Both the position numbers and the translations under genes were made by a program. Below the pieces are notes generated by a model. That model made no database searches and was not told the DNA's origin. It saw only the letters and a list, made by a program, of their open reading frames with translations. Shown here piece after piece: positions 51,776 to 59,937 of a stretch of 63,201 bases of DNA. Source of the stretch: an uncultured Clostridia bacterium (GTDB taxonomy: Bacteria; Bacillota; Clostridia; Christensenellales; UBA1242); the NCBI GenBank assembly GCA_947630405.1, contig CANRHL010000002.1, forward strand, positions 1 to 63,201, in the 5' to 3' direction. Numbering within the stretch: the stretch's first letter is position 1; every line of letters begins with the position of its first letter.

Positions 51776-53290
51776 ATGGAAAAAATTGAGTTTTTATCAA
51801 CTCTATATCCTGGGTTAAAGTTTAAGGACGCAGAATACATTGAAAAGACAAACACTTGCGTTGCCAATTTTTTATTTAACCCTGAAAGTTTTAAGCCAAG
51901 CGAAGAAAATCGCAAGGTAATTTTAGAAAAATTAACCGAAATTATAGGCAATTTTGTAAACATTGACCTTAACTTTATTTCCTGCCCGCTAGATAAACGC
52001 GCCATTGCCAACCACACATACACCACAATTGTAAATACCTTTCCTGCCATAAGCAAAAACTTTAATTATGATGATATTTCGGTTGAAATCAACCAAATGA
52101 GTGTAAATTTAAAACTAAAACTATCGCCGTCTGTTTATGAGTACGCCGTTGGCTTAAATAGGCAAAGTTTGGTGGCGGAGAAGTTAAAAGAGAGCTTTTT
52201 GGCGGACTTTAACGTCTCATTTGAAAAGAAAGATGACATTGTTACAACTGAAACAAGTTACATAGAAAAAAATATAGAACTCATGTCCAGCATTAAGGAG
52301 GCCGAAGAAAAAACCATCTATGCACTAAGCGAAATTACCAATATAATCGGCAATAACGATTATTCTGTGGCAATCGACTTTACAAAGGTTAATTCGGTTG
52401 TTGAAAATGTGGTTATTTGCGGCGAAGTTACAAATATTTCTAAGCGAACATACACAAGAAAGTCATCAAAAGCCGAATCAAAGGAAATTGAGCGCACTTA
52501 TTACTCGTTCACACTAAAGCTAAACAACAAATTTTTATATTGCTCAATCTTTCCAAGACAAGCGGACGAAGTTAAAGGGGATTTAATTGAAGCAGGCATG
52601 AATGTGTGCTGCTTTGGCTCGTTTAGAGAGTTTAACAATAAACTCAACTTCACGGCAAATTCAATTGCGCGTTGCAAATTCACGAGCGAAGAAATAAAAT
52701 CCGGCTTTAAGCACGTCAATGAAGAATATCACACAGTTTTCCCACAAAAATATGTCGATTATGAGCAGGGCGGGTTGTTTGATGAAGAAAAGTCTTTCCC
52801 AGGGAATTTTGTGGTGTTTGACCTTGAAACCACTGGGCTTGAACCAACAAAGGATGAAATTATTGAAATTGGTGCATGCAAGGTTGTAAATGGCAGAATA
52901 GACGAGACTTTTTCAACGTTCGTTAAACCAACGCACCACATTCCAAAAGAAATAACCACGCTAACGGGCATAACTGACGATATGGTTAAAGATGCGCCAA
53001 CAATCAATTATGTTTTGCCAGATTTTTATAAGTTCTGCTATAATTCAACCATGGTGGCGCACAACACTCAGTTTGATATTGGTTTTATTTACGCGGCGGC
53101 AAAAAAACTATCTTATAATTTTTCTAATCCGCTAATGGACACGCTTGAAATGAGCCACACGAAATTGCCGGGTTTAAAAAACTATAAACTTGGCACAATT
53201 GTAGATAAACTTAACATTGTGTTAGATAATGCCCACCGGGCAATAAACGATGCAACTGCAACGGCAAAAGTTTTTATAAAATTAATGTAA
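51776..53290 (+). CDS. PolC-like N-terminal/OB/3'-5' exonuclease protein with no PHP or polymerase domains
   Basis: 504 aa. The C-terminus carries DEDDh exonuclease motifs FVVFDLETTGL, MVAHNTQFDIGF and HRAINDATATAKVF, very close to the PolC-embedded exonuclease. Residues ~205-300 look like an OB fold. Located in the polC slot between rseP and rimP. Confidence 0.7.
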   Translation: MEKIEFLSTLYPGLKFKDAEYIEKTNTCVANFLFNPESFKPSEENRKVILEKLTEIIGNFVNIDLNFISCPLDKRAIANHTYTTIVNTFPAISKNFNYDDISVEINQMSVNLKLKLSPSVYEYAVGLNRQSLVAEKLKESFLADFNVSFEKKDDIVTTETSYIEKNIELMSSIKEAEEKTIYALSEITNIIGNNDYSVAIDFTKVNSVVENVVICGEVTNISKRTYTRKSSKAESKEIERTYYSFTLKLNNKFLYCSIFPRQADEVKGDLIEAGMNVCCFGSFREFNNKLNFTANSIARCKFTSEEIKSGFKHVNEEYHTVFPQKYVDYEQGGLFDEEKSFPGNFVVFDLETTGLEPTKDEIIEIGACKVVNGRIDETFSTFVKPTHHIPKEITTLTGITDDMVKDAPTINYVLPDFYKFCYNSTMVAHNTQFDIGFIYAAAKKLSYNFSNPLMDTLEMSHTKLPGLKNYKLGTIVDKLNIVLDNAHRAINDATATAKVFIKLM

Positions 53291-53296
53291 AAACTA

Positions 53297-53325
53297 TTGA
53301 TTTATTATATTTGATGTGTTATAAT
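53297..53325 (+). promoter_or_regulatory. sigma-A type promoter of the rimP-nusA-infB operon
   Basis: TTGATT 53297-53302, 17 nt, TATAAT 53320-53325. Confidence 0.6.
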
Positions 53326-53337
53326 ATAAGTATTGTA

Positions 53338-53370
53338 AGGAGTGGCGGTGCCACTCCTAACTTGGTTTTT
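53338..53370 (+). promoter_or_regulatory. leader hairpin plus U-tract (candidate attenuator) upstream of rimP-nusA
   Basis: AGGAGTGGC / GCCACTCCT 9-bp stem (53338-53358), then AACTTGG and T5. The 5' arm contains a decoy AAGGAG. Confidence 0.45.
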
Positions 53371-53381
53371 ATAGGAGAAAT

Positions 53382-53834
53382 ATGAAAATATCAGATTTGG
53401 TTTATGAAAAAATATCGCCATTATTTAAGGACGATATCAAATTAGTTGAGGTGGAGTACTTAAAAAAGGCAGACGGCATGCACCTAACCGTTTACATTGA
53501 TAAACTTGGCGGTGTGTCAATTGACGATTGCGTTAAAATTAATGATTTAATTGACCCCGTTATTGACGAACTTAACCCAACACAAGATAAGCCTTTTACG
53601 CTAGACGTTTCCTCATATGGGCTAGATAAGCCACTAAAGTTCGATTGGCAGTTCAAGAAGTACACAAACGAACTTGTGGACGTTAAGTTATATCAAAAAT
53701 TAAACGGCAAAAAAGCGTTCACCGCAAAGCTTATTGCCCATAATGAAAAGTCCACTCAATTTCAACTAGACAATGAAGTTTTAACCATATCTAATGTCGA
53801 TATTGCGTCTATTACACCATATATAGAGTTTTAA
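53382..53834 (+). CDS. rimP: ribosome maturation factor RimP
   Basis: 150 aa. Position immediately upstream of nusA. L.VYID pattern. Confidence 0.85.
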   Translation: MKISDLVYEKISPLFKDDIKLVEVEYLKKADGMHLTVYIDKLGGVSIDDCVKINDLIDPVIDELNPTQDKPFTLDVSSYGLDKPLKFDWQFKKYTNELVDVKLYQKLNGKKAFTAKLIAHNEKSTQFQLDNEVLTISNVDIASITPYIEF

Positions 53835-53843
53835 GGAGAATTT

Positions 53844-54968
53844 ATGATTAACAAAGATTTTTTTGAAGCATTAAAAGATTTAGAAGCCGAAAAGGGTATT
53901 AACGAAGAAGTTTTCATTCAAGCATTAGAGCAAGCGCTTACCGCTGCCTACAAAAAAAATTCGGGCATGGCAAAAAATGCGCAAGTGAAACTTAACCCAG
54001 AAAAGAACACCATTAAAATTTATTCTTATCGCACCGTCGTTCAAGAGGTTGAGGACGAGGATAAAGAGATAAGTTTGGAAGAGGCAAAGCAAATTAAACA
54101 CAGTTATAAGGTTGGCGATTTAGTTATGCAAGAAGAGTCCACTAAGGATTTCAACCGCATTGCCGTTCAAACTGCAAAACAGGTTATAACTCAAAAAATA
54201 AAAGAGATTGAAAAACAATCCATCTATAAAGATATTGCCGAAAAAGAGGGCAAACTTGTTGTTGCCAACGTTAAGCGTATTGATTTGGATAATGTTTATC
54301 TTGAAATTGGCGGCACTTCGCTTGAAGGGTTACTCACCAAAAAAGATGTTTTACCAAACGATAACTTAAAGCCGGGGGATAGAATTAAGGTGTTTGTTCG
54401 CCACATTAAAGACGACTTTAAAGGCACAGTTATTCAAGTTAGCAGAACGCATCCTAATTTTGTTAGATTATTGCTTGAAATGGAAGTGCCTGAACTAACA
54501 AACGGCGAAGTAAACATTGTTAACTTGGTGCGTGAAGCAGGGCTTAGAACAAAAATTGCCGTTTCAACCACTGTTCCGAATCTTGACCCTATTGGTGCAT
54601 GTGTTGGCAATAAGGGCAGCCGAATTAACGCCGTTATTAACGAACTTAATGGCGAGAAGATTGACATTATAAATTATAGCGAAAACCCAGCAGATTACAT
54701 TGTTGCAGCATTAAGCCCAGCCGAAGTTAGCGAAATCACGGTGGACACCGCAGCCGGTGTTGCAAATGTGCTTGTGCCAGAAAACAAACTTTCACTTGCA
54801 ATTGGCAAGGGCGGGCATAATGTTAGGCTTGCTGCAAAATTAACCGGATACAAAATAGATGTTAAACCGGTTAGTGCAACCACAAAAGCAAAGGTTAACG
54901 ATGTAGTTTCAACTGCAAATGCAAATATCATATTAGATGACGACTTCTTTGACGATATAGACGAATAG
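53844..54968 (+). CDS. nusA: transcription termination/antitermination factor NusA
   Basis: 374 aa. S1 plus two KH domains (CVGNKGSRINAV, AIGKGGHNVRLA). Confidence 0.96.
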   Translation: MINKDFFEALKDLEAEKGINEEVFIQALEQALTAAYKKNSGMAKNAQVKLNPEKNTIKIYSYRTVVQEVEDEDKEISLEEAKQIKHSYKVGDLVMQEESTKDFNRIAVQTAKQVITQKIKEIEKQSIYKDIAEKEGKLVVANVKRIDLDNVYLEIGGTSLEGLLTKKDVLPNDNLKPGDRIKVFVRHIKDDFKGTVIQVSRTHPNFVRLLLEMEVPELTNGEVNIVNLVREAGLRTKIAVSTTVPNLDPIGACVGNKGSRINAVINELNGEKIDIINYSENPADYIVAALSPAEVSEITVDTAAGVANVLVPENKLSLAIGKGGHNVRLAAKLTGYKIDVKPVSATTKAKVNDVVSTANANIILDDDFFDDIDE

Positions 54969-54969
54969 G

Positions 54970-55233
54970 TTGAATATGCACATAAAACAAGAACGCAGAT
55001 GCGTGGCGTGTAGGAGCGCAAAACAACAAAACGAAATGATAAGATTTGCAAAAATCAATGGAAACATAGTTCTAGACGCAAAAAACAATTTAGGAGGGCG
55101 CGGAGCCTATGTGTGCAGAGCAAAAGATTGCCTTGCATTAACAATCAAAAAAAAGTTACTAAACCGCGCATTTAAAATGAATGTAGATAATTCTGTCTAC
55201 GAAAAATTATTAGAATATGGAGAAAATAATTAG
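54970..55233 (+). CDS. ylxR: YlxR (DUF448) RNA-binding protein
   Basis: RRCVACRS...GRGAYVC motif. The start is probably ATG 54976. Confidence 0.8.
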   Translation: MNMHIKQERRCVACRSAKQQNEMIRFAKINGNIVLDAKNNLGGRGAYVCRAKDCLALTIKKKLLNRAFKMNVDNSVYEKLLEYGENN

Positions 55234-55516
55234 TTTTATAGGTTTTGCAAAAAAAGCAAATAAAATAGTGATTGGTCAAAGCAGTTTAAAGCGCTACAAT
55301 AAACAAATATATTTAATTATGGTTTGTTCCACCGCAAGTGGCAACTTAAAAGATTTGGCAAAAAATTTAGCAAACAAGCATAATTGTGAATATATTGAAA
55401 CTAAAATTTCACTAGAAGAACTATCTAAATTATCTGGCATTAAAATTTTAGGCATAACAGATGAAAATCTGGCAAAGGGGATTATATTAAATAAGGAGAG
55501 TATTAGTATTGGCTAA
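55217..55516 (+). CDS. ylxQ: L7Ae-family RNA-binding protein YlxQ
   Basis: 99 aa. Conserved slot between ylxR and infB. GFAKKANKIVIG motif. Confidence 0.75.
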   Translation: MEKIISFIGFAKKANKIVIGQSSLKRYNKQIYLIMVCSTASGNLKDLAKNLANKHNCEYIETKISLEELSKLSGIKILGITDENLAKGIILNKESISIG

Positions 55517-57977
55517 CGAACAAAAACAAGATTTTAACAAATCAATTAAAGAACTTCAGTCCATGGTTAAAGATAATTTGTTTATGTCTTTGGCTGAAAA
55601 GTTCCACAATTTAAAAATTGAAATGGGTGCACTTGTAAGGCAAGTTAAAGAAAAGGAAAACGAACTCTTACTTGGAGAGGGCAAACCAAAGGTTAAGGAA
55701 GAAACTCCTGAAGTTGTTTCCACGCCAAAAGTTGAAGTAAAACCACAAGAAATAGAAACAAAAGCCATCAAACCTCAACAACAAGAAAAGCCTAAAAATG
55801 TGCAGCCAAATAGTCAATTTAAAAAGCCAAACTCTCAATATAATAATCAATATAACAACAATCAATTTAACAATAAAAAGCCATTTAATAATAACTTTAA
55901 GCAAAACAACCAACAACCAAATGGCAACAAAAACTTAAATTTCAAACCTAATAACAACAAGCCAAATCAAAAACCTTTTAATAAGGATAATAAGCAACGC
56001 CCAGCAATCAACTATGCTCAGCCAATTATTGTTGCAAGCCCGGCAAGGAACTTTGCCAACAAGAAAAAAGAAACTCATTTTGAAGAAAAACATCAATATT
56101 CAAAGCGTGATTTGTTAAAGCGCGGCATGATTGAAGAAGAAGAGAGCAATAGAGATATTGTCAGAAAAAATAGAGTAAAGAAGAAGGAAAATCCAACCCC
56201 TGTTGTATCAGATAAGCCACAAGGCCCAGCAATAATTAACACCGATAACATAACAGTTAAGTTGTTGTCCGAGGCAAGCGGCAAGCCGGTTAGCGAAATT
56301 ATTAAGAAATTTATGTTGCTTGGCATGATGGTAACCATCAACTCGCAAATTGATTTTAGTACGGCAGAACTTGTTATGAGTGATATGGGTGTTGAACTTA
56401 TCCAAAAACTTGATAAAACCAGCGAGGAAAAACTTAAAGACGTCCAGAAGAATATCCGTTCTTATAGTGATAGTGATGCAATGGTTCGCCCACCAATCGT
56501 AACAGTTATGGGCCATGTTGATCACGGCAAAACAAGTTTATTGGATTATATTAGAAAAACTAAAGTTGCCATGGGCGAAGCCGGCGGCATAACGCAAGCA
56601 ATTGGCGCTTATAGGGTTATGGTTGGCGATAAATACATCACATTTATCGACACTCCGGGGCACGAAGCGTTTACTGCAATGCGCGCAAGGGGTGCAAGCG
56701 TAACCGACATTGCAATTTTGATTGTCGCAGCGGACGATGGCATAATGCCACAAACGGTTGAGGCAATTAACCACATAAAATCTGCCAACATTCCAATGAT
56801 TGTGGCAATAAACAAAATGGATAAACCGCAAGCCAATCCAGACAAAGTTATGCAACAACTTGCCGAACACAATGTTTTGCCAGAAGCTTGGGGCGGCGAT
56901 GCCATAATTTGCAAAATTTCAGCAAAAACGGGCGAAGGAATAGACAAATTGCTTGAAACAATCTTGCTAGTTGCCGATGTTCAAGGCTTAAAAGCAAATC
57001 CTAAAGTGCCAGCAATTGGCACAATAATGGAGGCAAGGCTGGATAAGGGCAAAGGCCCTATTGCGTCTTTAATTGTGCTTGATGGCTCACTCCATGTTGG
57101 CGATACAATTGTTTCTGGCACAAGCCTATGCAAAGTTAAAGCAATGATAGACGAAAATAACAAGGCAGTTAAAGTTGCAACACCTTCAATGCCGGTAACC
57201 GTTTTAGGCTTTAACGAAGTGCCTGTTGCGGGCGAAAGTTTCACCGTTGTTGACGAAAAATTATCTAAACAAATCGTTGAAGAGCGCCTTGCTAAGAAAA
57301 AGGCAGATTTAATTAAAAATAGCGGCGGCAATACGCTTGAAGATTTAATTCAAAAGACAAGTGAAAAAGATGTTAAAATCTTAAATATCATATTAAAAAC
57401 TGATGTCAACGGCTCGCTTGAAGCAATTAAGTCGTCAATTATGAAACTTGTGAATGACGAAGTTAAAATTAACATTATTCATAGTGGCGTTGGTGCGGTT
57501 AGTGAAAGCGATTTAATTTTAGCAAATGCGTCAAATGCAATGGTAATTGCCTTCAACATCGGGCAGGATAGCAAGGTTAAAACACTTGCTGAACGAATGA
57601 AAATTAAGATATATTCATATAAAATCATTTATGAATTAATTGACGAAATTGAACGCGTTGTTAAGGGCATGAAAGAGCCTAAATATGAAGAAGTATATCT
57701 TGGCAAAGCCGAAGTTATTGCCGTGTTTAAACTCACAAATGCCGGCATTGTTGCAGGTTGCATGGTTAGAGATGGCAAACTTGTTCGTGGCGAACATGTT
57801 AGAATTTATCGTGGCGACGATATGCTGATTGAAACTGAAATTAAATCTCTAAAAATTGTTAAAGACGATGTTAAAGAAGCCGGCAAGGATAGGGAATGCG
57901 GCGTTAAAACAAGTTTTGACGAAGTTCAAGTTGGCGATAGAATTGAGTGTTATTCTCTTAAAAGGATTGAAGAATAA
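55509..57977 (+). CDS. infB: translation initiation factor IF-2
   Basis: 822 aa. GHVDHGKTSLLD, DTPGHEAF and NKMD GTPase motifs. TTG start. N/Q/K/P-rich low-complexity N-terminal region. Confidence 0.96.
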   Translation: MANEQKQDFNKSIKELQSMVKDNLFMSLAEKFHNLKIEMGALVRQVKEKENELLLGEGKPKVKEETPEVVSTPKVEVKPQEIETKAIKPQQQEKPKNVQPNSQFKKPNSQYNNQYNNNQFNNKKPFNNNFKQNNQQPNGNKNLNFKPNNNKPNQKPFNKDNKQRPAINYAQPIIVASPARNFANKKKETHFEEKHQYSKRDLLKRGMIEEEESNRDIVRKNRVKKKENPTPVVSDKPQGPAIINTDNITVKLLSEASGKPVSEIIKKFMLLGMMVTINSQIDFSTAELVMSDMGVELIQKLDKTSEEKLKDVQKNIRSYSDSDAMVRPPIVTVMGHVDHGKTSLLDYIRKTKVAMGEAGGITQAIGAYRVMVGDKYITFIDTPGHEAFTAMRARGASVTDIAILIVAADDGIMPQTVEAINHIKSANIPMIVAINKMDKPQANPDKVMQQLAEHNVLPEAWGGDAIICKISAKTGEGIDKLLETILLVADVQGLKANPKVPAIGTIMEARLDKGKGPIASLIVLDGSLHVGDTIVSGTSLCKVKAMIDENNKAVKVATPSMPVTVLGFNEVPVAGESFTVVDEKLSKQIVEERLAKKKADLIKNSGGNTLEDLIQKTSEKDVKILNIILKTDVNGSLEAIKSSIMKLVNDEVKINIIHSGVGAVSESDLILANASNAMVIAFNIGQDSKVKTLAERMKIKIYSYKIIYELIDEIERVVKGMKEPKYEEVYLGKAEVIAVFKLTNAGIVAGCMVRDGKLVRGEHVRIYRGDDMLIETEIKSLKIVKDDVKEAGKDRECGVKTSFDEVQVGDRIECYSLKRIEE

Positions 57978-58348
57978 TGAAGAGTGTACGCGTTGAGCGA
58001 ATTAACAGTGAAATACAAAAAGCCATACAACATATTATTGATAACGACCTACGCGACCCACAGATAGACGCTATAATTAGTGTGAATAGCGTTGATACTA
58101 CACCAGATTTATCCTATGCCCGCATTTACATTAGTTCAATTGGCAAAACTCCGCAAGACGAGGTTTTGGCAAGAATTAAGGGTGCGGCAGGCTTTATAAG
58201 GGGCAAATTATCCAAAACGGTTAAGTTGCGCATAACTCCACATCTTGAATTTTTAAAGGATAATAGCATGGAATATTCAAACAAAATTGAAGGGATTTTA
58301 AAAACCATTAAATATACGACCCCTGCGGATGAGGATGATGAACAATAA
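57977..58348 (+). CDS. rbfA: ribosome-binding factor A
   Basis: 123 aa. R..RINSEIQK, and ...TPDLSYARIYIS. Confidence 0.9.
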   Translation: MKSVRVERINSEIQKAIQHIIDNDLRDPQIDAIISVNSVDTTPDLSYARIYISSIGKTPQDEVLARIKGAAGFIRGKLSKTVKLRITPHLEFLKDNSMEYSNKIEGILKTIKYTTPADEDDEQ

Positions 58349-59189
58349 AGGCATAATTGCAATAAACAAGCCTGAGAATTGGACAAGTTTTGACGTTGTA
58401 AACAAAATCAAGCACATATTAAAAACCAATAAAGTTGGGCATTTAGGCACATTGGACCCACTTGCAACCGGAGTGCTGCTTGTGACAATCGGCAAGGCAA
58501 CCAAATTGTTTGATTTAATGCAAGAAAAAAGGAAAACCTATCTTGCAAAATTTAAGTTCGGCATTTTAACTGATACTCTCGATATCTTGGGCAAAATAGT
58601 TGATACTTCAATTAACGTGCCTAGTAAAGATGAAATTTTATCTGTTCTGCCTAAATTTATTGGCAAAATTATGCAAATTCCGCCAAAATATAGCGCAAAA
58701 TCGGTTAACGGAGTGCGCGCATACGACTTGGCAAGGCAACAAAAAGAGTTCAGTTTGCCTGCAAAACAAGTTGAAATTTATGATATTAAACTAATAAACT
58801 ATTCAAAAACTGACATAACGCTTAAAATAGTTTGCGGCTCAGGCACATATATTAGGGCTATAGGACGAGATTTAGGGAGTGAGTTAAATTGTTATCTTAC
58901 AATGAGCGAACTAACACGCACTTTAGTTGGCAAGTTTAAATTAGAAAACTGCCTTGAAATAAGCAACTTAACACTTGAAAATATCGAAAACAACCTTATT
59001 AAAATTAAAGATGCGTTAGACTTTCCAACAATCAATTTTAGTGCGGTTGAACAACAAAAAATTTTAAACGGGCAGAAAATAGAATGTAAATATAGCGATG
59101 GAAAATATTTGCTTTGTGACGAATTTGACGCCATTGCAATTGTTAATGTTGAAAAAAATATTGCAAAAATGTGCCTATATTTAGGCTAA
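58329..59189 (+). CDS. truB: tRNA pseudouridine-55 synthase
   Basis: 286 aa. GIIAINKP..TSFDVV...VGHLGTLDPLATGVL catalytic Asp motif. Start is ambiguous among ATGs at 58329, 58335 and 58338. Confidence 0.92.
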   Translation: MRMMNNKGIIAINKPENWTSFDVVNKIKHILKTNKVGHLGTLDPLATGVLLVTIGKATKLFDLMQEKRKTYLAKFKFGILTDTLDILGKIVDTSINVPSKDEILSVLPKFIGKIMQIPPKYSAKSVNGVRAYDLARQQKEFSLPAKQVEIYDIKLINYSKTDITLKIVCGSGTYIRAIGRDLGSELNCYLTMSELTRTLVGKFKLENCLEISNLTLENIENNLIKIKDALDFPTINFSAVEQQKILNGQKIECKYSDGKYLLCDEFDAIAIVNVEKNIAKMCLYLG

Positions 59190-59211
59190 ATCTATTGCCA
59201 TAAGCCTAAAT
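59179..59211 (+). terminator. weak terminator-like hairpin whose loop carries the efp -35
   Basis: ATTTAGGCT / AGCCTAAAT 9-bp stem with a 15-nt loop containing TTGCCA. The T-tail is poor. Confidence 0.35.
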
Positions 59212-59223
59212 TTATGTTATAAT
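59195..59223 (+). promoter_or_regulatory. sigma-A type promoter of efp
   Basis: TTGCCA 59195-59200, 17 nt, TGtTATAAT with -10 at 59218-59223. Confidence 0.6.
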
Positions 59224-59250
59224 AAATTAGATTTTTAAGGAGAAATATTT

Positions 59251-59829
59251 ATGATTTATGCAGGAGATGTTAAAAAAGGTGTGATTTTTGATGACGGCAA
59301 ATCAACCGACCCAAAACACCCAAGTTTACAACAGGTTATTGATTTCCAACACGTTAAGCCGGGCAAGGGTGCTGCTTTTGTGCGCATAACTAAAAAAGAT
59401 TTGCTAACTGGCAAAACCTTGGATGAAACCTACAACCCTTCAACCAAACTTAACGATGTTAGCATTGAAAGAAAGGAAATGATGTATCTATATAACGATG
59501 GCTCATTGTATTATTTTATGGATAACGCCACTTACGAGCAAATTCCATTTAACTATGATTCAGTTAAAGATGCGCTTAACTTTGTTGTTGAAAACACAAA
59601 TTGCAATGTTCAATTCTACAACGGCGTGCCAATTAGTGTTGAACCACCAATATTCGTTGAGTTAACAATTGCAAAAACCGAACCAGGCGTTAGAGGAGAT
59701 ACTGTTAAAACTGGCGGCAAACCAGCAACCCTTGAAACCGGTTATGTTATTCAAGTGCCTTTGTTCATAAATGAAGGCGACCGCGTTCGCGTTGACACTC
59801 GCACTGGCGAATATATTGAAAGATTATAA
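59251..59829 (+). CDS. efp: translation elongation factor P
   Basis: 192 aa. [14 protein letters not shown] loop and [15 protein letters not shown]. Confidence 0.94.
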   Translation: MIYAGDVKKGVIFDDGKSTDPKHPSLQQVIDFQHVKPGKGAAFVRITKKDLLTGKTLDETYNPSTKLNDVSIERKEMMYLYNDGSLYYFMDNATYEQIPFNYDSVKDALNFVVENTNCNVQFYNGVPISVEPPIFVELTIAKTEPGVRGDTVKTGGKPATLETGYVIQVPLFINEGDRVRVDTRTGEYIERL

Positions 59830-59873
59830 GCCGAGTGAAAAATTGAAAATTTAAACAATAAAAGGCGAAAAAA

Positions 59874-59901
59874 CAATACTCTTGTAGTATTGATTTTTTT
59901 T
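59874..59901 (+). terminator. rho-independent terminator
   Basis: CAATACT/AGTATTG stem followed by T8. Confidence 0.7.
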
Positions 59902-59937
59902 GTGCATTTTAAAACAAAATTTTTAATAGTTTTTATT

